DNA of 64,000 nucleotides from Haliotis rubra (Eukaryota), in the NCBI RefSeq assembly GCF_003918875.1, contig NW_025767547.1, positions 62,001 to 126,000 of the forward strand, given 5' to 3'. The notes under the pieces were generated by a model, which made no database searches, was not told where the DNA came from, and saw only the letters and a program-made list of their open reading frames with translations. The position numbers and the translations under genes are program-made. Position 1 is the stretch's first letter. Each line of letters opens with the position of its first letter. Below, piece after piece: positions 21,976 to 34,000 of this stretch.

Positions 21976-24900
21976 ACACCAAGTCTAAGTCTCGGGACAA
22001 AGAACAGGGCCCCAAAGGCCTCTCCACTCACAGACGACAAAACACCAATGAAGGACCAAGGTAGGACAACGTGGCATAGGCGAACTAAGTCTAAGCCTGT
22101 TGCTAAGTCAAATGCTCATCAGTCTGAGAAAAATGTTGAGGGTTCACCAACAAGGTCATCAAAGAAGGCAGAGAACGGTGAGCATGAAACTGCAGGCGAT
22201 TTAACAACAAAGGAATATGATGGAGAAACATTTTCAAACTCAGACGTGAACCTTAAAATTTCGATCGTAAAAGATTCAGTTCTCTGTATTTTTTTCAAAC
22301 CCGTTGGTTCATTTTGGAGGATAATAGTTTTCTTCCAAAAAATGATCATACTTTGCCTGTCAAAATTAACTTTTCAACCTTTTCCCGACACAAAACGAAT
22401 GAAATGTCCTGACATGATGAGATCCTCTGCCCATAAGCCTGCTAGACCAGTATCTACTGTAGGCGTGAAGCAGGATTCGGGGAAGGCGGCAAGAGATTCT
22501 GACAAAAGAAAATCATGCCATTCACAGAGTGAACAGAAAGGCTATATTGTGGACATAGCGGAGATGGATGCACTGATTACTGAGATGGTAAATAAACAGA
22601 TCATTCGGAGCTCTGACAATCCAAAAAGGGACATCAAGAACTTCTTTCAAAAAGAAGTGAAAATGAAAAAGAAGGATATCGACGTAGCGTTGGGGCATTT
22701 TAGGTGGTTGAGAGAAAAGATAATGCGATTATTAAACAGTGAGATGAACCTTGGAAAATGGACTTTTTGCAATGCAGGGTCTCACTTCGATGGAACTAAG
22801 GTAGGAACGGAATTAACAAAAGCAAAAGGTTTCCTTCATGAGGTTATAACAAACGTAGTTTGGGTTGTATTGAGGATGCAAGGCTGACTATTTTAAGGGT
22901 AATGCTATTTTTGAGGGCATTATCATTTGCAGAAGCCCGAGGTCTTCCATTAACTGCCCCGACAATGGAGGGCAGTTGAAAAAGACCGAGGGCTTCTGCA
23001 AATGATAATGCCCTCAAAAATAGCATTACCGTAGTTATTATTACTAAAATACATGGAATTTGTGTTGAAAAGAAAAAGGAAACAATGAAGGAATTTGACT
23101 GTAAGTTTACCCAAATCAACTTCTGACGGGGTTGACTGCCCGAATGCAATTACGTCATCGAACAATTCAAGTGACGTCACAACAGAAAGTGACGATATTC
23201 GACTTTGGCCTTTGACAAGACCATAGCCTGCAACATGTCAAACTATGTCAGTGTTCGGTTTTGGTCCATCAACAGCCTTAATAGTGCAATGGTTAAGGTT
23301 CGCACCAACAAGAAAGCCAATTTACCGCTATTTAAAGCGGGAATTCGGGTTGCTTTGACTTGTTTGACCCAGAATATCAACAACAGAACTGATCGTGGCC
23401 CGTCGTTAAGGTTGAGCGGTCCAATATCATTTGCAGCGGCCCACAAATTTCTGATAATGGGAGGGCCGTTTCATGATAATTCCATGTATTTTAGCTATAA
23501 GTTCTTTTCTAAGATGCCTAGCGGTTAGAACAAGCGAAAAAAAAATACATTATCAGACAATAAAGGTATAGTTTTTTGATGACGTAACAATTGAATGACG
23601 TTATCCCGTCACTGCGCCATTCTAGTGTGCCCTCTCGTAATCGAACCATTTTACATTACGTCACAATGTAAGCGACGCCACGATGCATGTCAGTTGTCAT
23701 CGACTCGTACGGCCTCCTACAGTAAACTTCACCGTTGCATCCCCTTTCTTGGTTTGCAGTTGCTTCACGCAGCTAACATCACTGGTGGAAACATTACGTT
23801 TATGTTTTACGACGGTTAAAATGTGTCAATTCGACTCACAAGTTTTCAGCGACACGGTAACGTTCGCAATGCTTACATTCCCACAATGCAATCTTGGAAA
23901 GTCGCTTGACTACTCAGCTTCATCTGGATGTACTGATCTAAACTTACGTTGGTAGTAGAAATGCGACGTTCGTATTGCCCCATATGGTTTGATGTAATTA
24001 AAATAATTCAGAGGAGATATTTAATCCGAACGTAAACCGTCATCAAACTGTTATCATTTGTTTTTTTCTGTTAACGTTCGTCTTAACGTAGGGGGGCAGA
24101 CACATCAATAGAACAGCGCGCCAGTTAGCCCTGTGCGAAGATTCTTAGGAATTTAGGCCACCGACACCTTCGTTTGTTTTCTGCCTTAAATTAATCGTAA
24201 TTGTCCTTAGAAAGTATTACATTTGGCATCTTAGAAAAGAACTACAGTTCGCTCTACCACCATGTATAGTGTAATAAAGCACACTTTCGCCCTGAACTAT
24301 TATAACGTATTTATAAAAGCACTCGGATGCAAGCGTCCTCGTACTTTAGCTATAATAGTTCAGGGCGAAAGTGTGTTTTATTACACTATTCATGGTGGTA
24401 GAGCGAACTGTATTTCTTAAATAATAATAATATATTTAAAACGTTAATGATATCTATAACTTTAGATTTGAATACTGCTAGAGTCAGTCAGGTGTATAAG
24501 CCTCTTCCTTTCTCAGGTGGCCCGACCAAATGAATTTGACTGCACAATCTTCCCAGTTCTTAAGACCAAAATTGTGGCTGAGTTTGATGACACCTGTAAA
24601 GCTGGGGCCTGCAAGGTGAAGGTCGTCGGTGATGTGCATGACCACGAGAAGGATCTCCAGCTATTCCTTGATGGAAGCTATGTAAACTCAAAAAGGTTCA
24701 AGGCATACGTCTTTGAGAAGCTTGAACGTGTTCTTCAAACTGATAGAAAGTTAAAGGGTTCGTTGATTTAATTCACTTGTTCAAATTTTATAATGTCCCT
24801 GAATGATATGAACGTTTGAATAGACACATTGTAAACCACACCCAGTATCAAATGAGATACTTGACATATTCAATGCCACCAGGCGGAAATTTAAACAACA

Positions 24901-27531
24901 ACAGATCTGTTTCGTTTCAGATGCTCGCAAATTTTCGTCTACCCAATCTTTCGCGGTGAGCTATGGGGGTATTCCAACTGAAGAAGGGATGAAAAGTATT
25001 GACATTGACTTTGTGCCGTCACTGAACATCAAACACTGGCTTTCAAAGAGCATTTCCCGTGACATCAAGAAAGTCATCCCGGACAAGAGTAAAGCTACAG
25101 TCGTTCAGGAAAAGGGATTCAACGTAACTGCGAAGCACTGGTGTCATGGTTAGTAATGATTGATTGATGGTTTGATTGTTGTTTAACGCCGCACTCAGCA
25201 ATATCCCAGCTATATGGCGCCAGCCGATAAATAATCCAGTCTAGACCAGACAATCCAGTTATCAACATCATAACCTGGGTGCCGTTCCACTAACCTATCT
25301 TAGCCCTATGCCAATCGTAAACCCCTAAAATCCCAATCTTAGCGTGACGATCGGCATACCGTTCCACTAACCGATCTTAGCCTTATGCCAATCGTAAACC
25401 CCTAAAATCCCAATCTTAGCGTGACGTTACGATCGGCATACCGTTCCACTAACCAATCTTACCCAAGTCAATCGTAAAGTTAAGATTCAAAGTCTAAGTT
25501 GCTCATGGCCAATTTAGGATAACTAAAATCAATCGTAGAGAAACCAAAATGGTGGCTTTCCTATTCCATGTGAAAAATAAGAGCGAGCATTTCACCGTGA
25601 GCGTCCCCTAAAATCCCCCATGAAATGAATTTGTATATTTCTGTGATGTAAACAAACACTGCACTGCCTTACAAATGTCAGGCCAGTCTGACCACTGTTG
25701 TCATGGGAACACAACCGAGCGAGTCGGTGTAACACATTGTACAACAATATTGCATGGTTAAGAATAGGGACAGCCGTGAAGTGAACAATGTTCTAAAACA
25801 AAAAGATGAAAATATGTTTGATTTCACGTGCACTTATTTGGTGGGGGGATTCTAAAGGCAGGCCGCGTGTTATTCAAGACCACTGACAGATTCTGCGTAC
25901 GTTATAGAGGATGCCTCCTCACGCCTTGTTTATTCTGATTGACAAGGTTCAGGCACATATTAAAAGCTCTGACACAATTGACATTTTTAAAGTCCAGACT
26001 GAAACCTGTTTTCAGTATATTACTTATAATCTCGGCTGTAAATACTCTCGTGTAAATTATCTGTACATAGCGCTTTGAGCATGCCCCAGGATGTAGAATA
26101 GGCTCACTATAAATATGCATTTATTATTATTATATTATGCCTGATACCCAGCGTTCACACGCACTTGCACCTGAAACCAAGGTGCTCACTACCCTAATAT
26201 TTTGCTCTAGGTTTTTTTCTTTACGTTTACACATGGCTGGAAAAATACCCATGAAGGACCGGGTTAGAATAATGAACTTCAATAACCCATGCTTGTCGTA
26301 AGAGGCCACTAACGGGATCGGGTGGTCAGGCTCGCTGACTTGGTTGACACATGTCATCGGTTCCCAACTGCGCAGATCGATGCTCATGCTGTTGATCACT
26401 GGATTGTCTGGTCCAGACTCGATTATTTATAGTGATCGTAAGACCGGCTACGATCGGCCTAAGATCGGGTAGTGGAACGGGTGTAACTTTAAGCTAAGAC
26501 GATTGTAAAATTGGCGTAACTTGCTAAGATTGATATTAGGTAAGATCGGTTAGTGGAACAGCACCCTGAGCAAAAAGGGATACAATAACGTGTGGCGACA
26601 ACGTCAGCGAGTCTGACCACCCAATCCCGTTAGTCGCCTCTTACGACAAGGATATGTTGCTGAAGGCTATAATTCTAACCCGGATCTTCACGGGTCAGGC
26701 AAACAATGAAATATATATGCGAGCTATAAATATATTGATGGCTCTGAGAAGTGAGACACCTATGATTTGAATTCTTGAAACACTGAGTATACATAAATGT
26801 GTACACACGAAAAGACAAGAAAGATAACCAACCCATCTAATTCAGATGTATGTGAATATATCGAGGATTCGAATAGGAGATTCATCCTCAGTATATTCTT
26901 TGGTCAACATCAGAACTGTTCATGCTCACTTTAGGGTTTCTTTCTGTAAAGATCAACCGTTGAACTGTTTGTTTTGGTAAGCAAATGTACAAATCTGATA
27001 AATTCCTTATTTATCCTTCTTTTTTGAAAAGCCAAAAATCCTGACCTCCTGTGGCAAGTTTCCTGTTCCTATGCTGAGAAGACCATCACCAAATATGCCG
27101 ATAAAGTCTCTTGGAAACCGTCACTTAGGACATTGAAAAGAGTTTTGGAAATTGCGAAAGGCAACAGTGATTCCTGTGCCAAGAGTAACAGCCCAGAGCT
27201 CTTGCAGATCCAAAAAGCAGTGAGGTATGTCCAGAAGCAGAGGCCAGAACTGCGTTCTTCACTGCTGACAACGTATCACATCAGAACCTTGATGTGGTGG
27301 CAGCTGTATGAACTGACATTAGGGGAGCACGTGTGGGGGACAGAAACAATGGCCACAAGATTCCAGGAATGTCTCCGGAAGTTCCAGAAGATGATGACAG
27401 GGGAAATGGTTGTGCCGCACTTCTTCCTTCCCCAGATCAAGAACATTTTACCGCATAAGCTAGGAAAGGAAAGGGAATTCCTCTATGTTATAGCAAGGGC
27501 AACTGAGGTAATATTCAGCAAGAAGCAGTGA
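21616..27531 (+). CDS. cGLR: cGAS-like receptor B (Mab-21/CD-NTase) with basic disordered N-terminus, ~717 aa
   Basis: Exons 21616-22800, 24517-24757, 24921-25148, 27032-27531; GT-AG introns at the same positions and phases as in A and C. Motifs NAGSHFDGTK|VARPNEFD, SIDIDFVPSL, WQVSCSYAEK, WKPSLRTLK, TTYHIRTL, PHFFLP. The start codon is uncertain. Confidence 0.88.
22898..23495. mobile_element. Foldback non-autonomous element in cGLR-B intron 1
   Basis: Perfect 41-bp inverted arms spanning 22898-23030, plus the inverted pair ctaaaatacatggaatt / aattccatgtattttag. Confidence 0.65.
24243..24412. mobile_element. Palindromic MITE-like element
   Basis: ~60-bp inverted arms: tacagttcgctctaccaccatg..gccctgaactattata and its reverse complement. 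Confidence 0.65.
25277..26566. mobile_element. Non-autonomous PIF/Harbinger-like DNA transposon nested in a family 2 element
   Basis: TIRs gggtgccgttccactaacc / ggttagtggaacagcaccc with CTG at both junctions and subterminal repeats; the host element resumes at 26568. Confidence 0.75.
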
Positions 27532-27680
27532 CTCCCAAAACTGGACAAACATTTAAACCATTGGTCAGTCAAGGATACGTACTTATCAGTCCTTGGGGCA
27601 GTGAAGGATGTCGATGCAAGTAAAACAGTCGTGTGATGCTGATACTGTACATTGTCCTCATCTGTCTTATTACAGTTGAG

Positions 27681-27841
27681 GGACACCGGGATGGCCAAAT
27701 GGTTAAAGCGTTCGATCGTCACGCCGGAACCCGGGTTCAATTCCCCACATGGGCACAATGTATGCGTCCCAGATTTGGTGTCAAGAGCCGTGATATTGCT
27801 GTAATATTGCTAAAACGGCGTAAAACTAAACTCACTCACTC
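27681..27841 (+). mobile_element. tRNA-derived SINE, family 1, in the putative cGLR-B 3'UTR
   Basis: Consensus head and (ACTC)n tail; AATAAA at ~28102 downstream. Confidence 0.8.
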
Positions 27842-28581
27842 TTAAAATTTATGCCATGACCCTTACACGTATTTAATGTATGTGTTCTCACTATTTAAGT
27901 CTCAAAGTAACTCTTAATATCGACAAGTTATTATTGCAATCACCCCCAGAATCATCTTAATTGTGAACTTTTCCAAGTAAAGACAAATCAGTTATATGAG
28001 ATACAGCCATGTTTGTCAATTAACCAACGGCTCGCGGCTGGATATGCCGTCTTCTATGGACTTCTAATTGTACCATAGGGCGTAGGTGTACACAAGTACT
28101 GAATAAAGAATGAGGCCGTGAACTGTTTTGTGACGTTCCGTATTTGTATAACAAATATATTCCATGTTCACATGAAACCTGCTTAATGTGATTGTCTTGG
28201 GAAGTAATATCATTATTATTTGGAAATAAAATGATAAAGATAACGTAACACTTTTCTCTTATATTTCTGTTGGGGATGGAGAGTTATTTAAAAAATGGAA
28301 CATAGAGTTCAAAGCTGATGATACTTTAACAAAGTGCATTTATCAAACATGTATCCCGGGCTGGTTATAGCGTTTTGGGGATATCTGTCTCTTCAAACAC
28401 AGAAGTCCATCAGTGGGTCCACAACACTTTATTTGTAAGCTAAGTATGCAATTACATGATAGTGCAGCAACGGCAGGGCAGCATCACAGAGGCGATCGTC
28501 AGCCCAACTGCCAAGCCGCTGTCCGAGGGTCAAATCCCGTTACATTCAGAATTCGTTGTCTATATACTTGACTGTCAGCCT

Positions 28582-28690
28582 GGGCCTAGATTTTCGAAGC
28601 TCTCTTAGCGCTAAGATAGTCGTAAGTTAATGTTAATGTATGGCACTTACGACTATCTTAGCGCTAAGAGAGCTTCGAAAATCTAGGCCC
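28582..28690. mobile_element. Harbinger/Tourist-like MITE (near-perfect palindrome)
   Basis: gggcctagattttcgaagctctcttagcgctaagatagtcgtaagt and its reverse complement, with CTG flanks. Confidence 0.8.
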
Positions 28691-29289
28691 TGCCCTGTAT
28701 CGTAGTACGATACAAGTATGGTCAGCCTGCAGTATCCAGCATGCACCTCAACCACAATGTTAAACTTCCGTGGCCAACCGGCCATATACTCTAAGGTTAA
28801 TTAAGGTTAATTACACGCAGGCAGCTGATCTGTACATGGCTGTGCTGATGGTCATAATAATAAGCTGCTGATATTTCATGTATATTGTCAGCACTGTGAT
28901 CTAGACTTAGGTAACACAACTTTAACTTAACTCAGAGAATATACAAACATGTCTATATTCCCGGGTAAACCCATACCCCATCAAAGTGCCTACGACACAT
29001 GTCGTACTCTAACCCAAAGGGGGAGAAATTTGTCAAAATTATTTGCCCTTCCAACATTTGGCCTGCCTCTAAAATCAGAAGATTGGCGGCGGTCTGTAAA
29101 TAATCGATCTAGACCAGACAATCCAGTGATCAACATCAGGAGCATTGATCTATGTAATTGGGAACCGATGATATGTGTCAACCAAATCAGCGAGCCTGAC
29201 CACACGATCCGGTTAGTTGCCTCTTACGACAAGCATGGTTTTGCTGAAACCCAATTCTAACCCGGATCTTCACGGGTATCTGACTATTG

Positions 29290-29700
29290 GGAAGCTGAAG
29301 TCATCCCTGTACAGTCTGGTGGATAGTGGTTTGTCAAACTTAGACTATTTAAAGAAAGGTTCCACAATAAATGGTACATATTACGCTGATGAATTACGTA
29401 GGCTGCGTCATCAGATCAGAGAAAAGCGCCAAGGTGTCTGGCTCCTCCAAGACAATGGTGCAGTTCATACGGCCCAAGTGGCAGTGAATGCTGCACAGGA
29501 CTGTGGCTTGGAGATCCTCCCTCACCCAGCCTATTCTCAAGATCTTGCCCCTTCTGAGTTCTTCCTCTTCCCTCAACTCAAATCTGTCCTTTGAGACGGA
29601 TGAGGAGGTCATCACGGATGATGAGTTTTTAGGGTCACGTGACAAACAATGGCTTTCGGGCGGGTTAAGTGATGTTCATCGCATCCAGGACGTGTGGCAA
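29290..29700 (+). mobile_element. Mariner transposase relic
   Basis: DYLKKGSTINGTYYADELRRL..LLQDNGAVH..LPHPAYSQDLAPSEFFLFPQLK corresponds to the mariner DNA..H and YSPDLAP motifs. Confidence 0.9.
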
Positions 29701-30901
29701 GGATAGCTTACTATTGGGTTGGTTGGTTGTTGTTTTACGCCGCACTCAGCACTATTCCAGCAATATGGCGGCGGTCTGTAAATAATCGAGTCTGGACCAA
29801 ACAATCCAGGGATCAACAGCATGAGTTGAATCTTTATGCATAGTTTGGTTTGTTTTTTGTTTGGTTAACGTCGCACGCAAGTCGCAAGGTCATCCCGCTC
29901 TGGCACATTAAACTGACACAAATCTGACCTTGTTTTATCCCCTTGGTGTCCAACCCTAGAGACAGCTACCATCTATTGACGTCGTTTAGTTGATAGAGTC
30001 TGGACCACACAAGCTAGTGATCAACATCATGACTATCGATCCACTCAGTGGGGATACGATGACACATATCAACTAAGTCAGAGAGCCTGAACATCCGATC
30101 CGGTTAGTCATGTCTTACGACCAACATTGTTTGCTGAAGATCAATTCTAACCCAGATTTCCATCACCTAATGTCTGTGTCATGTCATAATGAATTTGAAA
30201 AGAAAATACTTCATAACAGCCCTGCATTCGGTTCTCTCCATTTTGAGAGGAAATGATAGGGTTTGACAGCTATATATAGGAAAGTTTAGCACGTGGAATT
30301 CATCTTGTGCATGTCAAGCACGTGCTAAGATACTGTTCTTAAAACACTGTGAGTTTTGTAGAGTTTGTGCGATCCGTTCATTGGGACAACCCTCGTAAAA
30401 CTTTGAATACAGCATTAAACCCCATTTGCCTGACTTCATCTGTGACTTTTATCCGACATCTGCTCATCCATTTCAGAAAATTAATACACAAATGAAAAGA
30501 AGGCGAACATTCATTTATTTCCATCACGATTTAGAGTTCTGGGCAATTTCTTTTCAACTTGTCAAGAACCCAATTTACCCAAACTTACATGACTCTATTT
30601 AATCTAAGCATCAGAGATTTATATGGTGAAATGTATGTATGTGCGTGCGTGTTTTCGTGTATGTGTGCGTGCGTGAGTAAGTGAGTGAGTGAGTGCATGA
30701 GTGAGTGAGTGAGTGGAATATAAACAATGTTTAGTCAATGAAAATACGTAATATTTTGTGGCAGTAATATATCTTTTCAATTTGATTTGATCATCAAATT
30801 CCTGTCTCAAATGGAACGTGTTGATATTTTTGCAACAATTGTCACTTTGGTGAGAGTCTGTTAAACTAGTACTTAAAGGACAAGTTGTCAGCTCTGTTTA
30901 C

Positions 30902-31083
30902 GGGGCCTTGTGGTAGACTAGTGGTTAAAGCATTCGCTTGTCGCGCCGAACACCGAACGCGCCGAACACCCGGGTTCGAGTCCCTTCATGGGTACAATGT
31001 CTGAAGCCCATTTCTGGTGTCCCCAGTCACGATATTGCTGGAATGTTGCTAAAAGTCGGGTAAAACTGAACTCACTCACTCAG
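30902..31083 (+). mobile_element. tRNA-derived SINE, family 1, abutting the cGLR-C stop codon
   Basis: Full-length head; same position relative to the gene as the SINE next to cGLR-A. Confidence 0.85.
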
Positions 31084-31089
31084 TTATGT

Positions 31090-34000
31090 TTACGAATATT
31101 GGTCGGTGACTCTAGAAAACAGGATTTCCGTGGATCTGACCAAAATGTACATGAACTCTCTGTCCTTCCAACGCACAGTGCTCATCATATCCCGGACGTT
31201 AGGCAAGAAGAAATGGGGCACCGTCATCTCGCCAGTCAACATTTTCTTGAACTTGCCCAGACAGAAGTGTAACCTATGTTCCTGAGTTTCATCCTTCCAC
31301 ACATGGAACCCGGCGCTGAGGTCGTACAACAACGTCCACATCAACGTCCTTATGTGGTAAGTTGTGAAACCTAACCGAAATGAGGCATCCCTCAAGTAAT
31401 GTTGTTTGGTGTGTTCGGCGACTTGCTGGATCATCTCTGATTTTACTGTGTCCATGAGGCCCTGTTGGCCCTTGGCAATCTCCATCACTCGTTTTATTGT
31501 TCGGAGGATAGGCTTCCAGCTGTCTTTGTTCCCGTGCAAAGTGAGTTTCTGCTCAGCGAGGGAGAACGACATCTGCCACTGCAGATTGTGTGGATTGTGT
31601 GCTGAAAGAAATACAAGCAATTTAGTATTGGAACCAATGTTGGGATATTATGCAAAGAAGAAGATTCGATAGACATTACCCACATATTCAAATGAAGTGG
31701 TACTTAAGAATGACTCAGAAGACCCTACCTGGACAGCACTTTGTTGTAATGTTGAATCCTTTTTCCTTGATGTCAGAAGGGTTGATGAGATGGGATATGT
31801 CCTTGAGATTTTCACATTTGCTCAGATCCCGAGCAGTCGGAGACGGTGGCCATTGTGGTATGTTGATAGCTGGGACGATGTCCATGTCGATGTCAAGGGT
31901 GCCATGGTAGGTTTTTGGGCCGAAGTAGGTGATGCCGAATGATGGGGAGTTTGGGTGGTTTAGGTTCCCTGTGAGAAAGAAATGTCATCTATACCACCAA
32001 AATGAAGGAACCACTTGGGCAAGGAACGACAGAGGTGATGACACAGTTTTCATGAACGTGTATTTCAATCATTACCAAGCCTTTATAATTACTGAAACAC
32101 TGATCAGTAGGTCTTGTGGATTGGGATGCATCACCCCTTGGGGTGAAAACATCATAACACATACCACATCTTCTTCTTACTTTTACTCAACTGAGTAAAT
32201 CGATTCTCATGATGTTGATCACTAGATTGTCTGATCCAGACTTGATTATTTACAGACCACCGCCATATAACTGAAGTATTGCGGAGTGCAAAGTTAAACA
32301 AGAAAGAAACAAACTTACTCTTACACCTGGGACTTCCGCGCACAAATTCGTCCATCCGGTCAAAGAAATACTGCCTATACTCCCCAGGGTTGAGGAAGCT
32401 GTCTTTGCACAGACTGTTAAGAGCTGAAGACGTATTTTCAACTCTGACCTTGCAGTAGCCAGGATAGCAGTCCCTATACACTGGCTGAAGAGGTGAATCA
32501 ACTTCCGGAATGAATAAACAATCCATTTCATTGGGTCGAGACACCTTAAACAAGAAAACTGGAGGCTGAGCAGTGCACCTACAGGTAAACATGATTATGA
32601 AAGATCTTTCTGTAAACTGTGAGATATTTCTCTTTGGCTAACACTTTGATCTTAAGTGTGGTGCTTCTATAACCCTGTGAGGAAATATCATGCATCAGTA
32701 ATACGTGCTTATCATATGTTGTAGCAATTCGCTCTTAATCTACTGCAAATATAATTTCAGTGAACACACGAGATGTAAGTTGTAATGCCTTCAGTGTCCA
32801 TTTGTTGGTGTAGAATGTTTGTGTATTACTACGTACTTTAATAATAATATAATAATGGCATATTTGTAACGCGCATATATCCATGCTTATGCATGCTAAA
32901 AGCGCACAAATAAAAATGTAAGTAAGGCAAAGAGCTACAGTTCAAAGGCTATCTTGAACATGTGTGTTTTCAGATTGGATTTAAAGGCATGAAAGTCACA
33001 ACAGTCTCTGAAACTCTGTGGGAGACTGTTCCAGGCTATTGATCCTGCATGGACAAAGGACCTGTTTCCATACAGCACTGTCTTCACTTTGGGAAGAACA
33101 AGCAAGTTCTTATCCTGTGAGCGGAGAGATCGGGAAGGTGTGTACACGGTTAGATGATTGGATAGACAGGAAGGCGCAGTTCCAGTGAAAACAAGGCATA
33201 AGAGTTTAAACTTGATCCGGAACTCGACTGGAAGCCAGTGGAGAGTGTACAGTATAGGAGTAATGTGTTCATATTTTCCAGAGCGAGTCACGATGCGGGC
33301 GGCGACGTTCTGCACTCTCTGTAGCTTGGCTATCTGGGTCTTTGATGCGTCGGCCAGTAAACAGTTACAATAATCAAGCTTACTCATTAAAAGTGACAAT
33401 ACAAGAGTCTTGGCAGATTCAACTGTAAGACATTGGCGAATATGTCCAATTTTGCGGAGTGGCGCTTCTTTGGACCAAACAGAATGCATTCTGTCTTGTT
33501 GCTGTTGAGCTTAAGTTTGTTGTGGGTCATCCATGATATAGCGTCATCACAGCAGTAACTCATGTCACTTTGATGAAAAGATATTGCTGAGTGTGGCGTT
33601 AAACAACAAACAAACAAACAAACAAACAACAAAACAGACAAACAAACTAAACAGCAACGAACACTCACCTTAGTTTTGTCGTAATATGAACCTCCCCTAA
33701 ACACCTTCCACGTCCAAGGCGTCTTCGATTTGAGAAAGGTACAGATATCGTTCTGCAACTCTGTAAAATATGGTGCCACATCCACGATTTCAGTTTGTTT
33801 CAGTGCCACATCATCGTTGAAGAAATTCAAAATATCACTCCTTGGATTCCTTGAATGTTCCAGTTTGCAAGTACTTACCATGTGCCCAACAAACTCTTCC
33901 ATCTTTGTCACGACATCTCTATCCATCTCGTTTGAATGGGCAATATGTTGTCCGGTTGTTGGGTTACCGGATCCTAGGGGTGTGGAATTCACACATGGAG

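Noticed and set aside
33387-33668. Apparent cGLR-LINE fusion at the end of the 579-aa ORF
   Set aside because: Read-through past a canonical AAG|GTGAGT donor into intron 1; the paralogs splice at the same point.
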